NCBI GenBank assembly: GCA_964016885.1
Contig: OZ024762.1
Location: forward strand, 2,914,001 to 2,978,000
Length of the DNA: 64,000 bases
Reading direction: 5' to 3'
Origin: Eledone cirrhosa
Lineage: Eukaryota
In this document: piece by piece, positions 12,964 to 27,260 of the stretch
How positions within the stretch are numbered: the stretch's first letter is position 1
Layout of the letters: each line of letters starts with the position of its first letter
Made by a program: the position numbers and the translations under genes
The notes under the pieces: model-generated
What the model saw: the letters and a program-made list of their open reading frames with translations, nothing else
What the model was told of the DNA's origin: nothing
The model's database searches: none

Positions 12964-13240
12964 CACCACCACCACCATCATCATCACCACCACCATCATC
13001 ACCACCATCATCATCACCATCATCATCACCACCACCATCAACACCACCATCAACACCACCACCACGACCATCACCACCACCACCACCATCATCACCACCA
13101 CCACCATCATCACCACCATCAACACCACCACCACCATCATCACCACCACCACCATCATCACCACCACCATCATCACCATCATCACCACCATCATCACCAA
13201 CACCATCACCACCACCACCACCATCATCACCACCACCATC
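12964..13240. repeat. (CAC/CAT)n microsatellite
   Basis: Direct inspection. Confidence 0.95.
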
Positions 13241-13621
13241 TTACCCAACAACATCTATTTATAGTTATTTATAGACGTTAATGAGCACAAAACGAGTCTC
13301 TATAGAAATCTCGTTAGACACGAGATTTCTTCGTTTGTTTTCAGGATTTATTTTACATTTTGTTTTTTACTTTTTGCTCTTTAATCTTATTTCCTATTTT
13401 ATTGACGTCTGTTGTTGCATAAGACCCAAGTTTCCCCCATCCTGGGCCACACCACCACCACTGGCCCCCACCACCGGCCCCACCCTGTCCTAGATGTCAT
13501 TCCCTCCCACCTCATCCAGCCACCGGCACCATCCCACTCCCATTATACACATCGCAGTCCTACCCATTAACACAACCCCCACCCCCCTGCAGTTGCATAT
13601 TCCCATCCTGTCCTTCACGCC

Positions 13622-13918
13622 ACACCATCCCTACCTCTCCCGCCCGACACCCCACCCCATTGCAGCACCATCCCTACCTCTCCCACCCGACACCCCACCC
13701 CATTGCAGCACCATCCCTACCTCTCCCACCCAACACCCACCCCATTGCAGCACCATCCCTACCTCTCCCACCCGACACCCCACCCCATTGCAGCACCATC
13801 CCTACCTCTCCCGCCCGACACCCCACCCCATTGCAGCACCATCCCTACCTCTCCCACCCGACACCCCACCCTATTGCAGCACCATCCCTACCTCTCCCGC
13901 CCGACACCCCACCCCATC
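13622..13918. repeat. 43-bp C-rich minisatellite, ~7 copies
   Basis: Unit CCCCATTGCAGCACCATCCCTACCTCTCCCACCCGACACCCCA. Confidence 0.92.
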
Positions 13919-14031
13919 CCAATCTGACAACAATTCTGGCTGTTGCTGCAATATTTTCTTTTACTTATAGTTTTTGATTTCTACTTATATATATATATAT
14001 ATCTATATATATATCTATATATATATATATA

Positions 14032-14078
<47 letters not shown>

Positions 14079-14132
14079 CGTTTCTGAATTTGTTTAGCAA
14101 GATTCTTTATCTGAAATCGTGTGTTGAAACCG

Positions 14133-14501
14133 ATATTGTTATACTTTGGGAGGGTCATGTTGCCAATAAGAAACACACGCACCAGTTGCTTTCACTTCAA
14201 CTTATTATGTGGCGCATGCGCAGACTGAACACACAACACACACACAGAAACAAAATGGCGTAGGACAGAACAAAGGAGAGGCACAGAAACAAAGAAAGGA
14301 ATCCCCAGTCACTGAAGAGGTCACAGAGTGTGTGACGAAAGAACTATGACTATATAAACAACTATCTGGTTGTGGAACCAACCAACCAACCAGAAATTTA
14401 TAAATTTATTATAAATTTATTATAAATTTATTATAATAAATTGAAGTGAAGCAACTGGTGCGTGTGTTTCTTATTGACAACATGACCCTCCCAAAGTATG
14501 A

Positions 14502-14507
<6 letters not shown>
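14133..14507. mobile_element. Fold-back element with ~75-bp inverted arms and an HHR in the spacer
   Basis: 14133-14208 vs 14433-14507; terminus shared with 57053-57282. Confidence 0.85.
14307..14351 (+). ncRNA. Minimal type I hammerhead ribozyme
   Basis: AGTCA-CTGAAGA-G-GTCACA..TGTGAC-GAAA-GAAC-TA-TGACT. Confidence 0.75.
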
Positions 14508-14554
<47 letters not shown>

Positions 14555-14640
14555 GATAAATCTACCAAAATGTACAGTAGTGTCCAATCCGTATGAAGAA
14601 CTCAATGTAATCCAAATATCATGAAAGGAGATGCATTCAA

Positions 14641-15177
14641 AAATTGGAAACAAGTAGGAAAGTGGCAATTGAAAGTCATGTTCAGGGCAGCAGGGCAGGG
14701 GTTCCACAAAAAAATATATATATATATAAATTAATAAAAACAATGAATAAAAACAACGAAACAGTTCCTTATATTAAAAAATTCATCATTTTACGATCGT
14801 TTCTAGGATATATATGTGTGTGGTGGTATGTATATCATATAGATCTATGTAAATATTTTACAAACTATCAGAGGAAATATACATACCTACACATATATAT
14901 GCTGTCTTTGAAGATAGCATTTATATGTGTAGGTATGTATATTTCCTGATAGTTTGTAAAATATTTACATAGATCTATATGATATACATACCACCACACA
15001 CATATATATCCTAGAAACGATCGTAAAATGATGAATTTTTTAATATAAGGAACTGTTTCGTTGTTTTTATTCATTGTTTTTATTAATTTATATATATATA
15101 TATTTTTTTGTGGAACCCCTGCCCTGCTGCCCTGAACATGACTTTCAATTGCCACTTTCCTACTTGTTTCCAATTTG
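14641..15177. repeat. Near-perfect ~537-bp palindrome
   Basis: Mirror ORFs 14644+ and 15173- share their first 76 residues; centre near 14908. Confidence 0.97.
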
Positions 15178-15749
15178 GAATGTAAATGGCTGTCCCCAAT
15201 AATGAACCCTGAAGTTGGATTGACTTCTTATCAGAACTGTAGCTGTGAAAACATCTGGCATCCCCCTAAACCTCCACAAAAGTGCCTCACTCCCTTCCCA
15301 CTCACTTTGATTTGGTTGTAAATGGTTCCCCTCCTCCATAATAATGACCCTTGAAAAACAGATTGACTTCTTGTCCGCCCTATAACTCTGGAAATATCTG
15401 GGCTTCTCTTAAGCCCCTTCAAACTCCTCCTCCTGTTTTATTTTGGTATTTTGGGGTGTTTCTGCTCTCTAATCTGACTCCCCACTTCAGTGATGCTGGC
15501 TCAATGTGAGACCCACATCCAAGATCCCAAAGTGACAAAGTATTGGCTGATCTGTGATAGGTTTCTTGTCAAGTTCTTAATGAATGGACCACCAGCAACA
15601 TTGAGATGAATCAAACAGCTTTACTGTACTGACTGATCTGAGACCTCATTCACTTATCAAGTGGGGTGGAACTTGTCAGACCGGACCAAGGAAACAAAGT
15701 TTCCATTGGTCTTTCCAATTGCTGATACTATCTACCAGTCACAACTCTT

Positions 15750-16755
15750 GGCAGTTTTAGTGGGCCCTAACTCCTGGCAGCTTTAGTGGGCCCTAACTCT
15801 TAGCAGCTTTAGTGGGCCCTAACTCCAGGCAGTTTTAGTGGGCTCTAACTCCAGGCAGTTTTAGTGGGCCCTAACTCTTAGCAGCTTTAGTGGGCCCTAA
15901 CTCCAGGCAGTTTTAGTGGGCTCTAACTCCTGGCAGCTTTAGTGGGCCCTAACTCTTAGCAGCTTTAGTGGGCCCTAACTCCAGGCAGTTTTAGTGGGCC
16001 CTAACTCTTAGCAGCTTTAGTGGGCCCTAACTCCAGGCAGTTTTAGTGGGCCCTAACTCTTAGCAGCTTTAGTGGGCCCTAACTCCAGGCAGTTTTAGTG
16101 GGCCCTAACTCTTAGCAGCTTTAGTGGGCCCTAACTCCAGGCAGTTTTAGTGGGCTCTAACTCCTGGCAGCTTTAGTGGGCCCTAACTCTTAGCAGCTTT
16201 AGTGGGCCCTAACTCCAGGCAGTTTTAGTGGGCCCTAACTCTTAGCAGCTTTAGTGGGCCCTAACTCCAGGCAGTTTTAGTGGGCCCTAACTCTTAGCAG
16301 CTTTAGTGGGCCCTAACTCCAGGTAGTTTTAGTGGGCCCTAACTCCTGGCAGCTTTAGTGGGCCCTAACTCCAGGTAGTTTTAGTGGGCCCTAACTCTTA
16401 GCAGCTTTAGTGGGCCCTAACTCCAGGCAGTTTTAGTGGGCCCTAACTCTTAGCAGTTTTAGTGGGCCCTAACTCCTGGCAGTTTTAGTGGGCCCTAACT
16501 CTTAGCAGCTTTAGTGGGCCCTAACTCCAGGTAGTTTTAGTGGGCCCTAACTCTTAGCAGCTTTAGTGGGCCCTAACTCCAGGCAGTTTTAGTGGGCCCT
16601 AACTCCTGGCAGCTTTAGTGGGCCCTAACTCCAGGCAGTTTTAGTGGGCCCTAACTCCTGGCAGCTTTAGTGGGCCCTAACTCCAGGCAGTTTTAGTGGG
16701 CCCTAACTCCAGGCAGTTTTAGTGGGCCCTAACTCCAGGCAGTTTTAGTGGGCCC
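15750..16755. repeat. 26-bp minisatellite, ~38 copies
   Basis: Unit AGTTTTAGTGGGCCCTAACTCCAGGC, alternating with a CTTAGCAGC variant. Confidence 0.97.
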
Positions 16756-16899
16756 CTCCTCGCAGTTTTTTTAATTCTTTTTAAAAACACAAAAAGAGAT
16801 ACAAATAAATTGACAAAGAGAGAGATAAAGTGAGAATGAGACATATAGAGAGATAGAACAGATTATTAGATAACCAGAGATATAAAGGTAGAGAGAAAG

Positions 16900-16998
16900 T
16901 TGACCCCAGTATTTGACTGGTATTTTATTTATCGACCCTCCCTACCCCCCCAAATTAATGAAAGGCAAAGGTGAAGTTGACAGGATTTGAACTCAGAG
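16900..16998 (-). mobile_element. Deu/Nin-domain SINE fragment
   Basis: Reverse complement of GAGTTCAAATCC..CTTTGCCTTTCAT..GTCGATAAAA. Confidence 0.7.
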
Positions 16999-17508
16999 CA
17001 GAGAAAGTCAAGAGAAATGCCACAGGGGATTCTATCCTGCAGTCGTTGTTGTTTGATTAATTCCCGAAATAATACAAAGAAGACAAGCGATCTCCCGCGG
17101 AAGGGTGATTATGCCAGATAATTGCTACTTTAGACATTCTTACGGACGTTTGCTTCAATAATATGCTTCAGTGATGATTGATCAAGAGAAGAGAAAGCAG
17201 CCAATTACACCATATACCTCCTCCTTCTCCTCCAGTGATGTAGCAAGGGAACTACGACAACAACAACAACAGCAGCGTGAAGCACTGATTAAAAGGAAAC
17301 AGCAAAGGAGAGAGTCACCACTTGGAGTAGAAAGAAGCTGATATGGGGTGGAGCGGTATGGGGGGAAGGTCTGGAGAAGGTGACATTAGAAGAGAGAAAG
17401 GGATTGATAAATATATATGTGTGTGTGTATATATATGTGTGTATGTGTGTATATATATGTGTATATATATATGTGTATATATGCACAGATATATATGTGT
17501 AATATATA

Positions 17509-17539
<31 letters not shown>

Positions 17540-17757
17540 GTATATATACACACACACACATATATATATATACATATACATATATATATACATATACATA
17601 CACATATATATATATATATACCCATATACATACATATATATATACATATACATACATACATATATACACACACATATATATATATATACACATATACACA
17701 CATATATATACATATACATATACATACATATACACATACATATACATATATATATAT

Positions 17758-17790
<33 letters not shown>

Positions 17791-18258
17791 CACACACACA
17801 TACACATATATATTATTGTATATATATATATACATGCACATATATATATATACACACATACACACACAGCCATATATATATATATAACAGGGAAGGATCA
17901 AAGTTAACAAAAATAGAAAATAGAAAAATAACAACAGAATAACAACGCCCCCTCCCCCACAAACAACAACAACAACAACAACAACAAAGCCCCCTAACAT
18001 AACATAGTGTGCTTAACATTGATTGATATTGGTCTGTAAATAGTTGCAAGTTGAGATTTTAGAATTTGAAACCCAAACTTTGTGATTATTTTAACTTCGT
18101 TTCTTGGCATCTTCCAATTACTTTCAGATTTTATATGATTGTTATTTAGTGTCGTCTCTTTATAGCAGGAATATCACACTGGTGACACTCCATGTGTGTG
18201 CTGTGTGTGTATAATTTATATAAATGTATATATATATATTTGTGTATGTGTGTGTGTG

Positions 18259-18305
<47 letters not shown>

Positions 18306-18344
18306 TCATATATATATATACACACATATATTTGTATGTGTGTG

Positions 18345-18400
<56 letters not shown>

Positions 18401-18497
18401 TTGTATGTGTATGTATGTATATATATATATATATACACACATATATTGTATGTGTATGTATGTATATATATATATATATATATATAAACACATATAT

Positions 18498-18530
<33 letters not shown>

Positions 18531-18572
18531 CATCATCATATATATATACACACACATATATTTGTATGTGTG

Positions 18573-18614
<42 letters not shown>

Positions 18615-18663
18615 TGTTTGTATGTGTGTATGTATATATATATATATATACACACACATATAT

Positions 18664-18730
<67 letters not shown>

Positions 18731-18896
18731 ATGAAAATGTGGGAATCCAAATGCAGTAAATAATTATAACAACAGTCGTTCACTATAAATAATAGCTTTA
18801 GAAAATCAGGTAAAATATTTTTAGAGATGAAAGAAAAAGTATCTGACAGTCATTGTGGAGGAACAGACTCTGTTTCTTGCGTATACTGGCTGATAA

Positions 18897-18929
<33 letters not shown>

Positions 18930-19139
18930 ACAACACAACTGTATATGGAAGGAATACACTAGTCTTTCATTAGAAGAAAGGGTGGAATTGGGAAAAAAAT
19001 TCTTAGAGAAAGTTGCCATCTCTTGGAAAACTGTTTGATGCCAATGTTTAGTGTATGATGGAGCACGTCTATCTGAAAGAGGAAAAAAAAAACGTTTTGT
19101 ATATAGAGCTATACGTGTGTGTGTGTGTGTTATACATCC

Positions 19140-19196
<57 letters not shown>

Positions 19197-19197
<1 letters not shown>

Positions 19198-19537
19198 GAG
19201 GCACATGGCTTAGTGGTTAGAGCATTGGCCTTGCAATCGAAAGGTTGTGAGTTCAATTCTCAGACCGGGTGATGTGTTGTTTCTTTGAGCAAGACACTTT
19301 ATTTCACATAGCTCCAGTTTACTCAGCTGTAGAAATGAGATGATAGGGACTGGGGTCCCTATCATTCCACTGCAAAGTGGTCGTGGAGGTGCCACGGCAA
19401 AAAAGCACCCAGCCCACACTGTAAATGAGGTTGGTGTTAGGAAGGGCATCCAGCTGTAGAAATCAAGCCAGAATCAGTTCCCGTCCCACCCTTGCAAGCA
19501 GGGAAAAGCGGACGTAAAATGAAATGATGATGATGAT
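19197..19537 (+). mobile_element. tRNA-headed SINE with RTE-derived tail (copy 2)
   Basis: As 12116-12447; directly follows (TA)n. Confidence 0.9.
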
Positions 19538-20503
19538 ATAACACAGGTGACTGATACAACACAGTGATGGTAGATTTGTTTTAATACTTAATATAGCTGT
19601 AAAAAAAGAGAGTCTAAATGTTTCGGATCCTCGTCCTTCATTGTAAGATAGAAAAAGGGACAAGAAAGGATGTTTGGAGGAGAGAAGAAAAAGGAAGACA
19701 GACACGAGCAAAAAACATGGAGCGGTGGAGTAAAAACGAAAGTATGTTTTCTTGCTCAGACATCATCATCATCATCATTATCATTCTTTCTTTAGCATCA
19801 AAGAGGAATCTGTGCAGCCAACAATCTTGCTCGGATCCAATAAAATGGTTTGGAGCAGTTTTGTTGCACTAACGTTTGTGGCGTGCGTGTGTATGAGTAT
19901 ATCTGTGTGTGTGTGTGTGTGTATATGAGTATATCTGTGTTTGTTTGTGTGTGTATGTGTATATCTGTGTTTGTTTGTGTGTGTATGTGTATATCTGTGT
20001 TTGTATGTGTATATGAGTATATCTGTGTGTGTGTGTGTTGTTTTTAATTTTAAATGAGCAGGAAACAGAACAATAGCTCCAGCTATGTTGGGGGTGGGGG
20101 GATGTAGCAGATGTATTTCTATAAATGTGTGTGTATATATATATATACACATGTGTGTGTATATATGTATATTTATGTATCTCCGTATATGTGTGTGTGT
20201 GTATGTAGTGAGTGAGGGAGGAAAGAGAGGTTTGTATACATTTATGAAGGTATAAAAATAAATATATAAAATATATACCAAGGAATTAATTGAAGGAACA
20301 ATATATACACACACACGTATATATATATATATATATATATTTATGTGTATGTCTATATATATATTTGTGTGTGTGTACAAGTGTATGTGTATATATATTA
20401 ATGTGTGTGTACATGTGTATAAGTATATATATTTATGTGTCTATATGTGTACACATGTATGTGTTTATGAGTGTGTATGTGTGTATTTATATGTATTCAT
20501 GCC

Positions 20504-20548
<45 letters not shown>

Positions 20549-21484
20549 CGACATCCACATATTAAAACTAATCAATAACATTTATTTTCTTTCCTTTCAA
20601 ACAGAAGTCTTTAGAAATGAAATGACGAAGTACGGGACGGTAGCCCCCCCCCCTACCTTCCTGTTCATAGCTTCTATTTTAGATCATTAGTTTCTCTTTA
20701 AAAAGATCTCGAAATAGAGATAACCATATGTGTGTGTGGAGGGTGGGGTGGGGTTAGTTGAAACAGAATCCTTATAAATAACAGATGTCTCAGGAATGAT
20801 CGGAAAAAAACAATAACAGACAAACGCTTTACTAAAATCCCAGGATTTACAAAAAACTTTACAAAATATACAGAAAATATTGCCATCAGACACAATACAT
20901 ATTATATGGAATACTTTAAATATAACGGAATACAGCAACACCAAAACATAACACTGCACGTAGCCAGGGCTCACATAACCATGCTCAATACTGCCGTGAC
21001 AGCAGCCAATAAAAATAGAATACATAATAATAATAATAATTGTTTCTACTCTTGGCACAAGGCCAGCAATTACCCAGTGTATTACTGGTACTTTATTTTA
21101 TCGACCCCGGAAGAGTAATGATAATTTTTAATTACCAGAAAACAACCTCATTATTGTATAAAAACAACTGTCTATATATACAGTGTGTATATATACATCT
21201 AAGTGTGTATATATATACAATGTTTATATATACATCTATGTGTGTATATATATATACAATGTTTATATATACATCTATGTGTGTATATATATATACAATG
21301 TTTATATATACATCTATGTGTGTATATATATATACAATGTTTATATATACATCTATGTGTGTATATATATATACATCTATCTATATATGCAACTATCTAT
21401 GTCACGTATGTATGTGTGTATATATATATATATATAAATGTGTGTGTACACATCTGCCTATATATACATCTATCTATGAGTGTC

Positions 21485-21518
<34 letters not shown>

Positions 21519-21706
21519 TACACAACTGCATGTATATACACCTATCTATGAGTGTCTATATATATATATATACACACACATACATACACAACTGCATGTA
21601 TATACACACACATTTAAAAGAGCCAAAAAAGGTTGGACATAAAAGATTAAAATGAAATACAATGAAATGAGAATAAAAGAACTGACAGCAATAAAATATG
21701 GTAAAT

Positions 21707-22920
21707 GAGATGTCAATATATTGATGGGCCTCAGTCACTGGTGACGAAGAGTGCTCCAGCTGGGGAGATGTCAATATATTGATGGGCCTCAGTCACTGGT
21801 GACGAAGAGTGCTCCAGCTGGGGAGATGTCAATATATTGATGGGCCTCAGTCACTGGTGACGAAGAGTGCTCCAGCTGGGGAGATGTCAATATATTGATG
21901 GGCCTCAGTCACTGGTGACGAAGAGTGCTCCAGCTGGGGAGATGTCAATATATTGATGGGCCTCAGTCACTGGTGACGAAGAGTGCTCCAGCTGGGGAGA
22001 TGTCAATATATTGATGGGCCTCAGTCACTGGTGACGAAGAGTGCTCCAGCTGGGGAGATGTCAATATATTGATGGGCCTCAGTCACTGGTGACGAAGAGT
22101 GCTCCAGCTGGGGAGATGTCAATATATTGATGGGCCTCAGTCACTGGTGACGAAGAGTGCTCCAGCTGGGGAGATGTCAATATATTGATGGGCCTCAGTC
22201 ACTGGTGACGAGGAGTGCTCCAGCTGGGGAGATGTCAATATATTGATGGGCCTCAGTCACTGGTGACGAAGAGTGCTCCAGCTGGGGAGATGTCAATATA
22301 TTGATGGGCCTCAGTCACTGGTGACGAAGAGTGCTCCAGCTGGGGAGATGTCAATATATTGATGGGCCTCAGTCACTGGTGACGAAGAGTGCTCCAGCTG
22401 GGGAGATGTCAATATATTGATGGGCCTCAGTCACTGGTGACGAAGAGTGCTCCAGCTGGGGAGATGTCAATATATTGATGGGCCTCAGTCACTGGTGACG
22501 AGGAGTGCTCCAGCTGGGGAGATGTCAATATATTGATGGGCCTCAGTCACTGGTGACGAGGAGTGCTCCAGCTGGGGAGATGTCAATATATTGATGGGCC
22601 TCAGTCACTGGTGACGAGGAGTGCTCCAGCTGGGGAGATGTCAATATATTGATGGGCCTCAGTCACTGGTGACGAAGAGCGCTCCAGCTGGGGAGATGTC
22701 AATATATTGATGGGCCTCAGTCACTGGTGACGAGGAGTGCTCCAGCTGGGGAGATGTCAATATATTGATGGGCCTCAGTCACTGGTGACGAAGAGCGCTC
22801 CAGCTGGGGAGATGTCAATATATTGATGGGCCTCAGTCACTGGTGCCGAGGAGTGCTCCAGCTGGGGAGATGTCAATATATTGATGGGCCTCAGTCACTG
22901 GTGACGAGGAGTACTCCAAC
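21707..22920. repeat. 58-bp minisatellite, ~21 copies
   Basis: Unit GAGATGTCAATATATTGATGGGCCTCAGTCACTGGTGACGAAGAGTGCTCCAGCTGGG. Confidence 0.97.
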
Positions 22921-23054
22921 TGGTTCAATTAACAGAATTGCTTTCTCATAAAATAAACGTGTAAGTCCCTGAACCTGACATAGACATTGTTTCTGTGTAA
23001 AACATAGAACACCTCTTTCAATATATATATACACATATATATATATGTATATAT

Positions 23055-23088
<34 letters not shown>

Positions 23089-23316
23089 GCACATATATAT
23101 ATATATATACACATATATATATATGTATATATATACACACATATATATATATATGTATATATACACACACATATATATATATGCACATATATATATATAT
23201 ATATACACACATATATATATGTATATACACACACACATATATATATATATATGCACATCTATATATACACACATATATACACACACACAGAGACACATAT
23301 ATATACATCTATATAT

Positions 23317-23347
<31 letters not shown>

Positions 23348-23367
23348 GACGTTAAACGACGATGATG

Positions 23368-23407
<40 letters not shown>

Positions 23408-25077
23408 CATCATCATCATCACCGTTTTACGTCCGTTCTTCCACGCTAGCATGGGTTAGACAGGTTGTCTTGTTGTGGGCAGTGTCCGGTTGGCTGACCT
23501 TGTCTTGCTCATACGGGAACTGATTCTGGCTTGATTTCTACAGCTGGATGCCCTTCATAACACCAACCTCATTTACAGTTAGGGCTGGGTGCTTTTTTTG
23601 CCGTGGCACCTCAATGACCACTTTACAGTGGGAGGGTGTGGGGGCATATTGTCTATATGCTTCAGCTTCGGCTTGTACCCGCGAGGGGTCGGGTTTTCTG
23701 TATTACTGCGGGACACCAGAGGTCACGGTCGTGTGTCAGAGGTGTAATTGGGAAAGGTCGGCTTTTATCACCTCATCCCAGGTCTTCTTGGGTCTCCCCA
23801 CTCCATGGTTTCCATCGACTTCTAGTGCTCTGCACCTTTTTATGCAGCTGTCATCCTTCATACGCATCACATGTCCATAGCAACGCAACCACCTCTCCTG
23901 CACACAGCATTTGATTCCTCTTATGCTCAGTCTCTCTCTCTCAATTCCTTTATGCTTTGCCATTCGCGTATATTACTATTACACATTCATCGGAGCATGC
24001 AGGCTTCGTTTCTTTCTAATCTACACAAGTCTTCCACAGACAGCGCCCAGGTCTCACTACCATGTAACATTGCTGTTCGTATACACGCATCTTACAGTCT
24101 GCCTTTCATTTTGAGGGAGAAGCCTTTTGCAGCTAGCAGTGGTAGTAGCTCCCTGAACTTCTTCCATCCCATTCTTACCCTAGTTATTGTAATTTCCGAA
24201 CACCCACCTCCACTGCTAATTTGGTCACCAAGATAGCAGAAGCTGTCTACTGTTTCTACAGAGCCCTCCCAGAGTTTGGTGGTACTTGTTTCCTGTGGCT
24301 GTTTGCTGCTTGCTGTCCTAGCAAGTGAAGCCTACATTCTTAGTTAAGCTTCCTGAGATCCCACTACATCTCTTGTGTACCCATTGTTTGCATTTGGGGC
24401 AGAGAATGGAGTTCCTACCTACACCTTTCCTACATACTGAGCAAGGCCATTTCCCTGAGGGGATCTGGGTTCTGTTTTCTCATCTACTTACAAGGACCTT
24501 AGTCTTTGTCAGGTTGACTTTGAGACCTTTCTTTCTAGTCCCTGCTTCCAAGTTTGGAATTTCTTCTCTAGTTCTACCATAGATTCAGCTATAAGTGCGA
24601 GGTCATCAGCATACAGGAGTTCCCATGGGCATCCGGTCTTAAACTCCTCCGTTATTGCCTGCAGAACTATGATGAACAGGAGAGGACTAAGAACAGAGCC
24701 CTGGTGGACCCCAACCTGTACACTAAATTCCTCGCTATACTCATTGCTAATCCTAACTTTGCTGATTGTTCCCCTATATATGGCTTGTACAGCTTTCACA
24801 AGCCATTCATCTACTCCTAGTTTTCTAAGAGCCCACAAGATTATAGCACGGGGCACTCTGTCAAAGGCTTTCTCGAGATCAACGAATGCCAGGTAGAGCA
24901 GCTTACTTTTAGCTAGGTACTTTTCCTGTAACTGCTTCACAAGGAAGAGGGCATCAGTGGTGCCTCTTCCTAGCACAAATCCAAATTGCATCTCATCTAG
25001 TTTCACCCGGTCCCTAATCAACTGTGCTATAACTCTTTGTTACTTTCATGACCTGGTCCATCAGCTTTATACCTCTA
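23408..25077 (-). mobile_element. 5'-truncated RTE-clade LINE with disrupted RT
   Basis: QFGF, FVDLEKAFDRV, GVHQGSVLSPLLF and LLYADD motifs; Cys-rich segment near 24360-24450; YGHVMR C-terminus; (GAT)n tail. Confidence 0.95.
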
Positions 25078-25417
25078 TATATAATATTGTATCCTTCATC
25101 TTGGGGTTGATCTCTACATCTGGATGTTTTTCCTAATGCAAACAATTTTATATTGTGGATTTGAAACATTTCATTGTGACTGCAGCACTACAATATTACA
25201 GGGTGGACTGGGTGCTTTTGTGCATGGCGCCAGCACTACCTCATCGGAACACTAGGGTGTCTGATATATATTAATATATACACTCACACACACATAAATA
25301 TATATATATATACACATACATACACATATAGAGACTTACTTATATATACACACACACATATATATATAAATTGTATGTATATGATATGATTCGGTAAGTT
25401 GTGTGTAAATATATATA

Positions 25418-25735
25418 TGGTGGTGGTGGTGTTGGTGGCGGTAGTGGAGGTGCTGGTGTTGGCGGTGGTGCTGGTATTGGTGGTGCTGGTGTTGGTGGCG
25501 ATAGTGGAGGTGGTGGTGCTGGTGTTGGTGGTGCTGGTGCTGGTGGTGGTGCTTGTGTTGGTGGTGCTGGTGGTGGTGGTGCTTGTGTTGGTGGTGCTGG
25601 TGTTGGTGGTGGTGGTGGTGGTGGTGCTTGTGTTGCTGGTGTTGGTGGTGCTGGTGGTGGTGGTGCTTGTGTTGGTGGTGCTGGTGGTGGTGTTGGTGGT
25701 GTTGGTGGTGGTGGTGTTGGTGGTGGTGGTGGTAG
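25418..25735. repeat. GGT/GCT trinucleotide repeat
   Basis: Direct inspection. Confidence 0.9.
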
Positions 25736-26159
25736 CAGAATTAAAGAGAAACAGTGAAATATTGGCAGCCTAATTCTCTGTTGTTGAATCAATGATTAGT
25801 CAAGTGAGGAGAAGGAGGAGAAGTCAGTCTGTAGTAGTAGTAGTAGTAGTAGTAGTAGTGTGGGAGACACAGGTTCAAACTCTCTCCGTAAGTTGTTATT
25901 TTTCTTTTTTCTTTTCCTTTATAATTTTTTTCCCATTTTTTCCTTAATTTTTGGGGTTTTGTTTATTTCCTTTTCACTTCTTTTGTATTTGTTGTTGTTT
26001 TATTGTACAAATTTATTCTTTAAATTGATACCAACCACACATTAACATACTCACACACTTACACACACACACACATTAACATATATACATGCTTACACAC
26101 ACATACACATACATATACATGAAACAAAATGTTCTTTTGGTTAGGAAATAGAGGAATGC

Positions 26160-26676
26160 AATGATAATGATGGTGATTGTGGTGGTGATGGTGGAAGGGA
26201 TGGTGGTGGTGATGGTGGTGGTGGTGGTGATGGAAGGGATGGTAGTGGTGATGGTGGTGGTGATGGTGGTGGTGATTGTGGTGATGGTGGTGGTGGTGTG
26301 GTGGTGATTGTGGTGGTGGTGATGGTGGTGGTGGTGGTGATGGTGGTGGTGGTGGTGGTGGTGATGGTGGTGGTGGTGATGGTGGTGGTGATTGTGGTGG
26401 TGGTGATGGTGGTGGTGGTGGTGGTGGTGGTGGTGATGGTGGTGGTGGTGGTGGTGATGGTGGTGGTGGTGGTGATGGTGGTGGTGGTGATGGTGGTGGT
26501 GGTGGTGATGGTGGTGGTGGTGGTGGTGGTGGTGGTGGTGATGGTGGTGGTGGTGATGGTGGTGGTGATGATGGAAGGGATGGTAGTGGTGATGATAATG
26601 ATGATGATGGAGGTGGTGGTGGAGGGGGGGGGGGGTTCGATGGTGGTGGTGATGGAGGGGAGGGGGTGATGATGGT
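26160..26676. repeat. (GGT/GAT)n microsatellite
   Basis: Direct inspection. Confidence 0.92.
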
Positions 26677-27138
26677 GACCATAATCCTAATAAGCATAAT
26701 AGTAATAAATTACACAACGTGTGTGTGTATGTGTCTGTATATGTGGGTGTATATATATATGCATGTGTGTATAATATAAAAATATATAGATATATTCAAA
26801 GATCTCAGACAAAGCAATAAGAAAATACACCCATACAGAAGGCAGCAAACACACATACATATGTGTATATATATATAAATATATATATATATACACATTT
26901 TTGTGCATATGTATATATATATATATATGTATATATATATAGATAGATAGATATATATATATACATATGTATATATATATATATATATATATATCATGTA
27001 TATATATATGTATATATATATCATGTATATGTATATATATATGTGTATATATATAAATATATATATATAATGTATATATATGTATATATAAATATATATA
27101 TAAAATTTTACTCACAGACATGAATACATGTGTGTGTA

Positions 27139-27200
<62 letters not shown>

Positions 27201-27223
27201 GACATGAATACATGTGAGTGTAC

Positions 27224-27260
<37 letters not shown>

